From an uncultured Clostridia bacterium (lineage in GTDB: Bacteria; Bacillota; Clostridia; Christensenellales; UBA1242): 64,000 bases of DNA. Positions 40,109 to 49,229 of this stretch are shown in pieces. The notes under the pieces were generated by a model that saw only the letters and a list, made by a program, of their open reading frames with translations, was not told the DNA's origin and did no database searches. Position numbers and translations under genes: made by a program. The stretch covers positions 348,468-412,467 of the forward strand of contig CAKNGB010000001.1 of assembly GCA_930971385.1 (NCBI GenBank), in the 5' to 3' direction. Numbering within the stretch: position 1 is the stretch's first letter; each line of letters starts with the position of its first letter.

Positions 40109-41404
40109 ATGAACTACACACCAAAACAAATTGTCAATGAACTTGATAAATACATCGTTGGGCAAACCAAAGCCAAAAGGGCGGTGGCTGTTGCACTTAG
40201 AAACAGATATCGTCGTGCACATTTGCCAGAAGAAATCCGCGATGAAATCACTCCAAAAAACATCGTTATGAGTGGACCAACAGGCGTTGGTAAAACGGAA
40301 ATTGCAAGGCGTCTTGCAAAACTTGTGGGCGCACCTTTTGTTAAAGTTGAAGCCACCAAATACACTGAAGTTGGCTATGTTGGTCGCGATGTTGAAAGCA
40401 TGGTTCGTGACCTTGTGGAAGTTGCCGTTAGAATGGTTAAAGACAAAAAGAAGAAAGAAGTGGAAGATAAGGTTATGCCAACTGTCAATCAAAAACTTAT
40501 TGATGCTCTCTTTCAAAATAGGCGCGTGACAACTGTTGAAGTTAAGCGTGAGGACCTAGAACAAGAACTTAAAAGCGGAAAATGCGAAGATGAAATTGTG
40601 GAAGTTAATGTGCTTGACACTCCAAAACCTATCATGGCATTTGGCGGAAATGAGATAAATTTAGGTTCAATGTTCGACAGCCTTCAACCACCAAAACATA
40701 AGAAAAAGAAGATGAGCGTGCGTCACGCAAGAGATTTACTTCTTCAAGAGGAAACCGAAAAGGTTATCGATATGGATAATGTGAATGAAGAGGCAATTTC
40801 TCTTGCTGAGGAGCAGGGGATAATCTTCATCGATGAAATTGACAAAATCATCGGCAAAAGCCAAGCCACAAATAGTGCAGATGTTTCGCGCGAAGGCGTG
40901 CAAAGAGATATTCTTCCAATTGTGGAAGGAAGCACAGTGCCAACAAAATATGGCAATGTGAAAACCGACTTCATCCTCTTTATTGCAGCAGGTGCTTTCC
41001 ATGTGGCTAAAATGGAGGATATGATTCCAGAACTTCAAGGGCGTTTCCCAATCCGTGTGGAACTTGAAAGTTTAACTGAAAAAGACTTCAAAAAAATCTT
41101 ATCCACTCCAAAAAATGCCGTCACATTGCAATATGCAAATCTATTAAAAGTGGATAATATCAATCTTGAATTTAAAGATGATGCGCTTGACGAAATTGCT
41201 AAACTTGCAGCAACTGAAAACGAAACAAGCGAAGATTTAGGCGCAAGAAGGCTTCACACAATTATGGAAGCACTCTTAGAGGATGTTTCATTTAACGCAA
41301 CAGGCGAACATCCAATGACCACTGTGGAAATCGACAGAAAATATGTTCAAAATGCCTTTAAGGAAAAGAACAGAAAATTTGACCTTAAAAAATATGTGCT
41401 TTAA
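40109..41404 (+). CDS. hslU: ATP-dependent protease ATPase subunit HslU
   Basis: TPKQIV.ELDKYIVGQ..AKRAVA, Walker A GPTGVGKT and IIFIDEIDKI. Confidence 0.95.
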   Translation: MNYTPKQIVNELDKYIVGQTKAKRAVAVALRNRYRRAHLPEEIRDEITPKNIVMSGPTGVGKTEIARRLAKLVGAPFVKVEATKYTEVGYVGRDVESMVRDLVEVAVRMVKDKKKKEVEDKVMPTVNQKLIDALFQNRRVTTVEVKREDLEQELKSGKCEDEIVEVNVLDTPKPIMAFGGNEINLGSMFDSLQPPKHKKKKMSVRHARDLLLQEETEKVIDMDNVNEEAISLAEEQGIIFIDEIDKIIGKSQATNSADVSREGVQRDILPIVEGSTVPTKYGNVKTDFILFIAAGAFHVAKMEDMIPELQGRFPIRVELESLTEKDFKKILSTPKNAVTLQYANLLKVDNINLEFKDDALDEIAKLAATENETSEDLGARRLHTIMEALLEDVSFNATGEHPMTTVEIDRKYVQNAFKEKNRKFDLKKYVL

Positions 41405-41414
41405 TGAGAAAGAT

Positions 41415-42086
41415 ATGTGGCAAAAAAGAACGGAAGTTTTAATTGGAAAGGAAAATTTGGATAAACTTAAAAACTCACACATCACAGTGGTTGGGCTTGG
41501 CGGTGTGGGTGGATATGTTGCTGTGCTTTTGGCTCGGGCTGGAATAGAAAATTTCACACTAATTGATTTTGATAAAGTGGAAGAAACAAATCTCAACAGG
41601 CAGATTATTGCCACACAAAGCACGCTTGGAATGCCAAAAACTGAGGCTCTATCCAATCTTCTAAAATCAATTAATCCTTCCGTTAAACTAACGCTTATTA
41701 ACGAAAGATTAACCACGAATAATTTGGAAAAGTTAATCAACAAAAATGCCGATTATGTTATAGATGCCATAGACAGCGTGAAAGATAAAACTGACCTTTG
41801 CGACTATTGCTATAAAAATAGCATAAAAATCATATCTTCTATGGGCACAGGAAATCGTTTTTCGGTGCCAGAATATCAAGTTATGGACATATATAAAACC
41901 GAAAACGATGGTTTGGCAAAGGCTATGCGCAAAAATTTAAAAGCAAGAGGCGTAAAAAAACTTAAAGTTGTGGCAACAAAAAGTATGGCGATAAAAAGTG
42001 ACGGGGTGGTTGGAAGCATTTCCTATCATCCATGCGCGTGTGCTTGTGTAATTTGCGGAGAAGTGGTAAAAAATTTAATTAAGTAA
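41415..42086 (+). CDS. tcdA: ThiF-family tRNA threonylcarbamoyladenosine dehydratase
   Basis: VVGLGGVGGYVAVLLARAGI..FTLIDFDKVEETNLNRQ. Confidence 0.7.
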   Translation: MWQKRTEVLIGKENLDKLKNSHITVVGLGGVGGYVAVLLARAGIENFTLIDFDKVEETNLNRQIIATQSTLGMPKTEALSNLLKSINPSVKLTLINERLTTNNLEKLINKNADYVIDAIDSVKDKTDLCDYCYKNSIKIISSMGTGNRFSVPEYQVMDIYKTENDGLAKAMRKNLKARGVKKLKVVATKSMAIKSDGVVGSISYHPCACACVICGEVVKNLIK

Positions 42087-42114
42087 AAAATGTTTTCATT
42101 AAATTGGAGGTTAT

Positions 42115-42423
42115 ATGGAAATTTTAAACGAAAAAAACTTCAATGAAAAGATAAAAAATGGTGTTGTTGTGGTCGATTTTTTTGCAAATTGGTGCGGACC
42201 TTGCAGAATGATGGCTCCAATTTTAGAGGATATTCAAAAAGAATTGGGCGACAAGGTTCAAATTTATAAAGTCGATGTTGATGAGGAAGAAAATTTGGCA
42301 AGAAAATATGGAATTATGAGCATTCCTTCCATTTTTATCTTCAAAAACGGCGAACTTGTCAACAAACATATTGGGCTTTGGATGAAAGATGCGATGGTAG
42401 ATGAAGTCAAAAAACACATCTAA
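42115..42423 (+). CDS. trxA: Thioredoxin
   Basis: WCGPC active site, 102 aa. Confidence 0.95.
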   Translation: MEILNEKNFNEKIKNGVVVVDFFANWCGPCRMMAPILEDIQKELGDKVQIYKVDVDEEENLARKYGIMSIPSIFIFKNGELVNKHIGLWMKDAMVDEVKKHI

Positions 42424-42437
42424 TTTTAAATTTTGTA

Positions 42438-42466
42438 TTGACTTTTTTGTGTCTTAGTGTTAAAAT
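42438..42466 (+). promoter_or_regulatory. SigA-type promoter of nifS-nifU
   Basis: TTGACT, 17 bp spacer, (TGt)TAAAAT. Confidence 0.55.
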
Positions 42467-42495
42467 TAAACTAGAATTAATTCAAAGAGGATAAA

Positions 42496-43668
42496 ATGGA
42501 AAGAAAAATTTATTTAGATAACGCTTCCACAACCTATGTATCGTCTGAGGTATTGAACGAAATGATGCCTTGTTTTAACGCAATTTACGGCAATGCTGGC
42601 TCACTACATAGTTTTGGAAGAAGTGCAATGGCAATTGTGGATAAGGCTCGCGACAGAATCAAAGAGGGGATTAACGCTAAAAAATCCACTGAGATTTATT
42701 TCACAAGTGGCGGAACTGAGGCTGATAACATGGCAATTTTAGGTGTTGCTCATGCCTATGCAAACAAGGGTAAACACATAATAACAAGTCAAATTGAACA
42801 TCACGCAGTTTTAAACGCTTGCAAACAACTGGAAAAAGAGGGGTTTGAGGTGACATATCTACCTGTTGATAAAACTGGTCTTGTCAGTTTGCCAGATTTA
42901 TTGCACGCCATTAGAAAAGACACCATTTTAATTTCCATTATGGCAGTTAATAACGAAGTTGGCACAATTCAAAATGTGAAAACTCTCGCTAAAATTGCAC
43001 ATGATTACGACATTATCTTCCACACTGACGCAGTGCAAGCGATTGGGCAAATAAACATCGATGTTCAGGATATGGAAGTGGATTTGCTTTCCATTTCTGC
43101 ACACAAAATTCATGGACCAAAGGGTGTTGGGGCGCTCTATGTGAAATCTGGCATTAATTTTGAGCCAATCACATTCGGCGGAAATCAAGAGCGCGGAAAA
43201 CGCAGTGGAACAGAAAATGTTGCAGGAATTGCTGGGCTTGGCAAAGCAGTGGAACTTGCCACAAAAAATCATATTGAAACAAACAGAAAACTTAGAAACA
43301 TTCGCGACTATTTCTTAGAAAAATTGTCTGAGAATGTGGAATATTTCCAAATAAATGGTCATCCTCATCAAAAATCAAATGCTATCGTCAACATTTCTTT
43401 CTATGGAATTGAAGGCGAGTCATTATTGATGCTCTTAGATTTAGCAGGAATCTGCGTTTCAACTGGTTCCGCTTGCACTTCAAAATCGCTCTTACCATCT
43501 CATGTGTTAGAGGCAATGAAAGTGCCAGCAGACATCGCGCAGGGTTCAATTAGATTTTCCTTTGGAACAAACATCAGTAAGGCAGATGTAGATTATGTTG
43601 TCAGTGAACTTACCAAAGCGGTGGCAAAACTCAGAGCAATTTCGCCAATTCAAGCAGGGAGGATTTAA
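42496..43668 (+). CDS. nifS: Cysteine desulfurase NifS/IscS
   Basis: SAHKIHGPKGVGALYV and GSACTS motifs, upstream of nifU. Confidence 0.9.
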   Translation: MERKIYLDNASTTYVSSEVLNEMMPCFNAIYGNAGSLHSFGRSAMAIVDKARDRIKEGINAKKSTEIYFTSGGTEADNMAILGVAHAYANKGKHIITSQIEHHAVLNACKQLEKEGFEVTYLPVDKTGLVSLPDLLHAIRKDTILISIMAVNNEVGTIQNVKTLAKIAHDYDIIFHTDAVQAIGQINIDVQDMEVDLLSISAHKIHGPKGVGALYVKSGINFEPITFGGNQERGKRSGTENVAGIAGLGKAVELATKNHIETNRKLRNIRDYFLEKLSENVEYFQINGHPHQKSNAIVNISFYGIEGESLLMLLDLAGICVSTGSACTSKSLLPSHVLEAMKVPADIAQGSIRFSFGTNISKADVDYVVSELTKAVAKLRAISPIQAGRI

Positions 43669-43670
43669 TT

Positions 43671-44084
43671 ATGTATTATTCAAGATATATTATGGAAAGA
43701 TTTCAAAATCCTGTTAATGCTGGTGGTATGCATGGGGCAAATGCCATAGGTGAAGCGAAAAACGAAGGTTGTCAGGATATGACAAGATTATATCTCAAAA
43801 TAGACGACAATAATGTGATTGAGAACGCTCGCTTTAAAACCTTTGGATGTTGTGCATCAATTGTGTCAGCAGATATCACTTGCGATTTGGTGAAAGGTAA
43901 AACCATTGATGAAGCTTTAAAAATTAAAAATTCTGATGTCTTAGATGTTATGGGCGAGGTGCCATTAAATAAAATTCCTTGCTCAATAATGGCAGAAGAA
44001 AGCATAAGGCTTGCAATTGAAGATTTTTATAAGCGTAAAGAAAAAGAAATGAAAAAAGCGCTTAAAAACCAGCAACAAGATTAA
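43671..44084 (+). CDS. nifU: Fe-S cluster assembly scaffold NifU/IscU
   Basis: NP.N.G.......GEA.N..C.D, FKTFGC and LNKIPCS cysteine ligand pattern. Confidence 0.9.
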   Translation: MYYSRYIMERFQNPVNAGGMHGANAIGEAKNEGCQDMTRLYLKIDDNNVIENARFKTFGCCASIVSADITCDLVKGKTIDEALKIKNSDVLDVMGEVPLNKIPCSIMAEESIRLAIEDFYKRKEKEMKKALKNQQQD

Positions 44085-44145
44085 TCAAATATTTAAATAA
44101 TAGCATATATTCTAGTCAGACAATTTTTAAACTAGCAAAATAATC

Positions 44146-44178
44146 AACGCTTTAACTTTAAAAGTTAAGGCGTTTTTT
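44146..44178 (+). terminator. Rho-independent terminator of nifSU
   Basis: aacgctttaactt / aagttaaggcgtt forms a 13-bp stem followed by T6. Confidence 0.7.
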
Positions 44179-44219
44179 ATTATCTTTTAAAGAAATAATA
44201 AATAAATATTTACTTGGTA

Positions 44220-44248
44220 TTGACATTTAGGTTTATGTTTGGTATAAT
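44220..44248 (+). promoter_or_regulatory. Strong SigA-type promoter
   Basis: TTGACA, 17 bp spacer, (TGg)TATAAT. Confidence 0.65.
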
Positions 44249-44266
44249 GAACTTGTGAGGGAAAAG

Positions 44267-44761
44267 ATGGAACTTAAACATTATGTGAAATATTATTGGA
44301 GTTTTTGTGCTAATACTTATTCAAAAGTCGAAGAAATTGCATCTAGAGATGTTTCTAAATTGCCGTTAGGTGACATGTCAATAGGTGATAATGTTTATGC
44401 ATTAGAAATATTTGATAGAATTGTTGGTGAATTAGATTACGAAGGGAAAACATATCCAGTAAAAACAGACAAAATTAATAAGGAATTATATTATGTAGGA
44501 TATTTCTACTCTCTTAAAGACATAAAAGCACTTCGCGGTAGCAGTGTATATGAGGAATTTATTAAAAGAGGTTGGGCAGGTGAAATTGCATGTCAAGTTG
44601 CAACAAGTAAAGTTGTTCCAAAAGAGGAATTAGAAACTGCACTTGCGCATTTAATCACTCCTCCACACAATAAATCTAAAGAGTTAGAAGAATTAAAGGC
44701 ACGCAGAGCCATAGCAGAGACTAAAAAAGCAAACTATGATAGTGAAATTATTAAAAAATAA
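44267..44761 (+). CDS. Hypothetical protein (164 aa), no recognisable family
   Basis: GAGGG RBS, its own consensus promoter, and the last + strand gene before the strand switch. Confidence 0.55.
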   Translation: MELKHYVKYYWSFCANTYSKVEEIASRDVSKLPLGDMSIGDNVYALEIFDRIVGELDYEGKTYPVKTDKINKELYYVGYFYSLKDIKALRGSSVYEEFIKRGWAGEIACQVATSKVVPKEELETALAHLITPPHNKSKELEELKARRAIAETKKANYDSEIIKK

Positions 44762-45196
44762 AAACCTAATTATAAAAAATGTGGTATTCTGCTAGTTTAA
44801 AATTTACTGCAATATAATAATTTTAGCAGTCAAAAGTAAAATTCACCATATAAAATATGCGGATTTTGCGAAAAGATATTTTATTTTGGCTGTAGTTGGC
44901 GAGTAGTGTTAAACGGTAAATATTCAAAACTTGTGACTAATGTCATATAATTTAAAAACATAAGTTTTAAATCTTGTGATACATTGTATAACAAAAACAC
45001 AATTTTTCTAAAATGTGCTGAGATAGATGAAATAAATTTTTATGAACAATTCCCCATGAAAAAAAATAAAAAACACCATGATATGTGGCAAAAAGAAAAA
45101 TTCAAATAAATTTAAAGTGTTCTATAAAATAAAAAAATAAAGAATATAAGAATAAAACATCATAGTGCCAAAATGTCAGAATAAATGAATTTCATA

Positions 45197-45263
45197 GTGG
45201 TATGCACATAATACACAACATATTGTGGTATTTTTCATGAATAATACACAAAATATTGCTTAT
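45197..45263. repeat. Intergenic palindromic repeat family, copies F1 and F2
   Basis: gtggtatgcacataatacacaacatattgtggtat (45197-45231) and ataatacacaaaatattgcttat (45241-45263). Confidence 0.6.
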
Positions 45264-45841
45264 CTATTCGTAAAACCTGTCTTTTGCGAATAGATAATTA
45301 CTCACTTTTTATAAATAATCACCCGATTTTTCTTAAAATTTTCCTTAAAAATCGCCTCGAAATCTCTATAAAACATCTTCAAATTTCACTATTATTTTTT
45401 AAGAAAAATAGGCTAAATAACTTATTAAGATTATATCAAATTATGTTGCTATTTCAAAATAAAATTTATAAAATTTTGGTAAAAATCTTATTAAAAAGAG
45501 ACTCTTATATTAAATTTTTATATATTTATCCCCTCTTTTAAAAAAGAAGGCTTTTTTTATTATTGCCCCCTAAAAAATTTTTCTGTCTAGTTTCATAACA
45601 AGATGAAATAAACATATATGATGTTAAAATTTTGCTAAACGCAAAATACACTATAAATTGTGTCATCACAGTTTTTATGAACATCAGTTTCGCTCAAATG
45701 TGGCTTCGCCACGCTTGGCTCAACTTACGATAATATAGTTTTAAATAGTTCTTTGACAAGCAAATTAATATTTTTGCTATTAAAAATTATTTTAACACCT
45801 TGAATTAACTTTAAAATGATTAGAAAGTTATTTTTCTATAA

Positions 45842-47374
45842 TCAAAATTTGATTGCATTAGGAAATTTTGGAAGTCCTGGCATAAGATTAATTTTGCCAC
45901 ATATTGCCACCACAAAGCCTGCTCCCGCCCGAAGTTCTATATCTCCCACATGTAAAACAAAAGGTTCACAACCAATTAGTTTTTCGTCATCTGACAAAGA
46001 GTATTGTGTTTTTGCAATGATGACCTCAAAGTTTTTTGCATATGGTTCAAACATTTTTATTTTGTTTTTTGCTATATCAGAAAACTCCACACCTGTTGCG
46101 CCATAAACTTTTTTGGCAACATTAGTTATTTTGTTTTCAATGCTATCCTCAAGTTCATATGCAAATTCAAGTTGAGAAACTTTTCGAGTGCATTTTTCAA
46201 ACACTTTCTTCGCAAGTTCAACACACCCCTCGCCTCCTTTTTCAAATGGATAGCAAACTGCACAGTCAACATGAATATTTTTGCACATCTCTTTGATTTT
46301 TAAAATATCTTCTTCCTTATCGTCTGTAAAATGATTAATGGCAACAACGCAATTTTGCTTAAAAACTTTGGTGATATTTTCAACGTGCTTCTTTAAATTT
46401 TCAAACCCAATAAATTGCCCATGCTCAAAAACAGCCTTCGCTGTCACCACCAAAACCACACACCTTGGCTCAACGCCCATTCTCCTGCATTTTAAATCGA
46501 AAAACTTTTCAGCGCCCAAATCGGCTCCAAACCCTGCCTCTGTTATCACAAAATTGGAAAGAGTGAGAGCGGTTTTTGTGGCAACAATACTGTTGCATCC
46601 ATGTGCGATATTAGCAAACGGCCCGCCATGAACAAACGCTGGAGTGCCACAAGCGGTTTGAACTAAATTTGGAATAAAAGCTTTTTCAAGAAGTTTTGCC
46701 ATGGCATTTTCCGCTTTTAAATCTTTGGCAAAAATTGGTCTATTTCTGGTGTTGAACCCTATAATAATGTTACCAAGTCTTGCTTTCAAATCTTCCATAT
46801 TTTCAGCTAGGCAAAGAATTGCCATAATTTCGCTTGCAGGAGTTATCACAAAACATTCTTTACGCTCTTTGTTGTTATTAAGTTTTTCTTGATTGATTGT
46901 TATTTCACGAAGCGCCCTATCATTCATGTCAATACATCTATTAAAAGCCACCTTTTGAATATCAAGCTCATTACCAAAATAGATATGATTGTCAATCATA
47001 GCGCAAAGCAAATTGTTTGCAGAAGTTATGGCGTGCATATCGCCTGTGAAGTGGAGGTTAATATCATCACTAGGTTCAATTGTTGCCTTCCCTCCTCCCG
47101 TTGCGCCACCTTTCATACCAAAAACTGGCCCAAGCGATGGCTCACGCAAAGCAAGGCAAGCCTTCTTTTTTAATCTTGAAAAAGCATCTGCAAGACCAAT
47201 TGAAATTGTGGTTTTTCCCTCACCACTTTTGGTTGGTGTTATTGCCGTCACCAAAATCAATTTCCCATGTTCTGTGATTTCAACATTTTTAACTTTAGCC
47301 TTAAAATCACCATATAATTCTAAATTTTTATTAATTAATCCTAATCTTTTTGCAACATTAATTATCTTTTTCAA
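45842..47374 (-). CDS. fhs: Formate--tetrahydrofolate ligase
   Basis: LILVTAITPTKSGEGKTT P-loop region. The start is probably the TTG at 47374, 5 nt after GGAGG; the ORF-track start at 47386 lies on the RBS itself. Confidence 0.9.
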   Translation of the reverse strand: MKKIINVAKRLGLINKNLELYGDFKAKVKNVEITEHGKLILVTAITPTKSGEGKTTISIGLADAFSRLKKKACLALREPSLGPVFGMKGGATGGGKATIEPSDDINLHFTGDMHAITSANNLLCAMIDNHIYFGNELDIQKVAFNRCIDMNDRALREITINQEKLNNNKERKECFVITPASEIMAILCLAENMEDLKARLGNIIIGFNTRNRPIFAKDLKAENAMAKLLEKAFIPNLVQTACGTPAFVHGGPFANIAHGCNSIVATKTALTLSNFVITEAGFGADLGAEKFFDLKCRRMGVEPRCVVLVVTAKAVFEHGQFIGFENLKKHVENITKVFKQNCVVAINHFTDDKEEDILKIKEMCKNIHVDCAVCYPFEKGGEGCVELAKKVFEKCTRKVSQLEFAYELEDSIENKITNVAKKVYGATGVEFSDIAKNKIKMFEPYAKNFEVIIAKTQYSLSDDEKLIGCEPFVLHVGDIELRAGAGFVVAICGKINLMPGLPKFPNAIKF

Positions 47375-47516
47375 TTTTACCTCCAAAACTAAGCGAATTT
47401 GTTTTAAAATTTATTGAAATTCGATAGAAAAATTTTAAGATATTAAAAATTCAAAAATTATGCTGTTTTTTTAACAATTTTTTAATAAAAAATGTATTTT
47501 TTTGATTTTCACAAAA

Positions 47517-49229
47517 TCAAATTTTTCTTGACGAGTGGCAAGTTAAAAATAGAATTTGATATTTTTTTGAAATTTCTTTAATTATATTTGTTGCCACTTC
47601 CAAGTTTTTGTCGTCCAAATTAACAAATGGGTCATCAAGCACAATGAAAGGTCTTTCATTTTTAAATATTAAATCTATAAGGGCAAATCTTTTGGATATT
47701 TGAACTAAATCTTTTACGCCTGCACTTAAATATTCCTCATTAAATAGATTATCTTTCATTAGTAAATTCAAATTGCTGTCGATGATTAAATTGTCGTTTG
47801 TGAGGAAATTTTTATAATAATTATCAAAAGCTTTTTGAACTGGTTCAACATAGCGTTTAGATAATTTGTTTGATGAAGTAAGCAAAAACTCTTCTGTTTT
47901 TTCAAGTATTGTGAAATCGTTTGAAAGTTTTTCAAATAACTCTTTATTTTCTTGGAATTTATCTGTTTGCTCCTGGATTTTTGATTGCAACAGGCTATAC
48001 TCCTCTTGATAGTGCTTTATGTCGTTTTGCGATGTTATCACACCATGCTCGTAGGTTGAAATATTCTTTAAAATATTCTCGTAATCGTTAACAAAATCAC
48101 TTTCGCTTCCACCTAAAAGTTTAACTATTTCATCTTCAAGATTTTTTAATTCATTTTGCTTTTGAAGTAATATTTCATCAAAAATCACATTTTTTTCAGT
48201 TTTTTTCGTTATTTGAGGCTGTTTTTTTCGATTTTTTCTAATGAAGTGAAATATTAGCAATATGATTCCACTTATTAAAAGCACGGCAAAACCAAAAATA
48301 AGTAAGATGTGATTATAAACGAAATACAACGCAAGCACGCCAATTGATAGACATAATAAAACTATGGAAATGATGATAAAGATTGGATTATTTTTCTTTG
48401 CAACTTCTTTCACAGGTTCATCTTCAACCTTTGAAATTTCTTTTTTTCTCTCGTTAATGTAAATTTCCAGTGCGCCCTTTTTGTTATTTAAAGACTCAAA
48501 ATCTTCTTTTTTTGCATCCATATTATCTTTCAGATTTTGGTAATATTCCTTTTTGTTTTTCCATTCATCAGCGTCGGCTTTACTTTTTTCAATTTTATTT
48601 AAATAGTCTTTTTCTTTTAAATATAATTCATTTAAAGCGCGTTGCTCTTCATTCAAATTGATGTTTTTTAATGTGGATTTTATATCTCGCTTTTTCATTT
48701 TAATTTTGTCCACGGCATGAGATAAAGCGTCTAAATCATCGCCATATAGTTGCCCTGTTGACAAACTTGCTTTAATATCGTCATTCACTTCGCTTTCCAA
48801 ATGATTTTGCCCAAAGAAAACTGTTGCATCGAAGGTTTCCTTTCCAATCCCAAAAAGTTCTTCACCTAAATTTTGAGAAAAAACTTTTGATGGCAAATTG
48901 TTTTCAGCATCATATAAATAAAACTCATCAAGAGTTGGCGTTCGATTGAAAACGCGTCTAACCAAAAATTTTCCCTTATCGCAAACAAAGGTTAGACTGC
49001 CACCATACTTACCCTGTGATGAGAAAGGAAGATATTGAGTGCGATCTGTTAGTTTTGAATTTTTGCGAGCATTTGCACCAAGCCCATAGAACATTGCCTT
49101 TAAAAACATGGCAAGCGTGGTTTTTCCATAACCATTTTTTTCACAAATAGAATTTATGCCATCACCAAATGTGATGTTGACATTGTTAAGTTTCCCAAAT
49201 GCATCAATATGGCACGAAATCAATTTCAT
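47517..49229 (-). CDS. SbcC/YhaN-like SMC-type ATPase with a central double-TM insertion
   Basis: Walker A EKNGYGKTT, coiled coils, the hydrophobic stretch IFIIISIVLLCLSIGVLALYF...LLISGIILLIF, and Walker B FIVLDDPF. The start overlaps the upstream nuclease stop. Confidence 0.65.
   Translation of the reverse strand: MKLISCHIDAFGKLNNVNITFGDGINSICEKNGYGKTTLAMFLKAMFYGLGANARKNSKLTDRTQYLPFSSQGKYGGSLTFVCDKGKFLVRRVFNRTPTLDEFYLYDAENNLPSKVFSQNLGEELFGIGKETFDATVFFGQNHLESEVNDDIKASLSTGQLYGDDLDALSHAVDKIKMKKRDIKSTLKNINLNEEQRALNELYLKEKDYLNKIEKSKADADEWKNKKEYYQNLKDNMDAKKEDFESLNNKKGALEIYINERKKEISKVEDEPVKEVAKKNNPIFIIISIVLLCLSIGVLALYFVYNHILLIFGFAVLLISGIILLIFHFIRKNRKKQPQITKKTEKNVIFDEILLQKQNELKNLEDEIVKLLGGSESDFVNDYENILKNISTYEHGVITSQNDIKHYQEEYSLLQSKIQEQTDKFQENKELFEKLSNDFTILEKTEEFLLTSSNKLSKRYVEPVQKAFDNYYKNFLTNDNLIIDSNLNLLMKDNLFNEEYLSAGVKDLVQISKRFALIDLIFKNERPFIVLDDPFVNLDDKNLEVATNIIKEISKKYQILFLTCHSSRKI

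Noticed and set aside
44863-44889. dif_SL-like sequence attttgcgaaaagatattttattttgg in the convergence gap
   Set aside because: Only about 20 of 31 positions match my recalled dif_SL, mostly A/T. The right arm is unconvincing, and comparable matches occur at 8366-8396 and 57742-57772. I keep it only as a pointer within the terminus finding.
45284-45541. 85-aa ORF in the gene-free gap (MRIDNYSLFINNHPIFLKIFLK...)
   Set aside because: It has no RBS. Its composition (I/L/K/F/N) is what any open frame in AT-rich DNA yields, and it has a TTG start inside a hairpin. I treat it as spurious.
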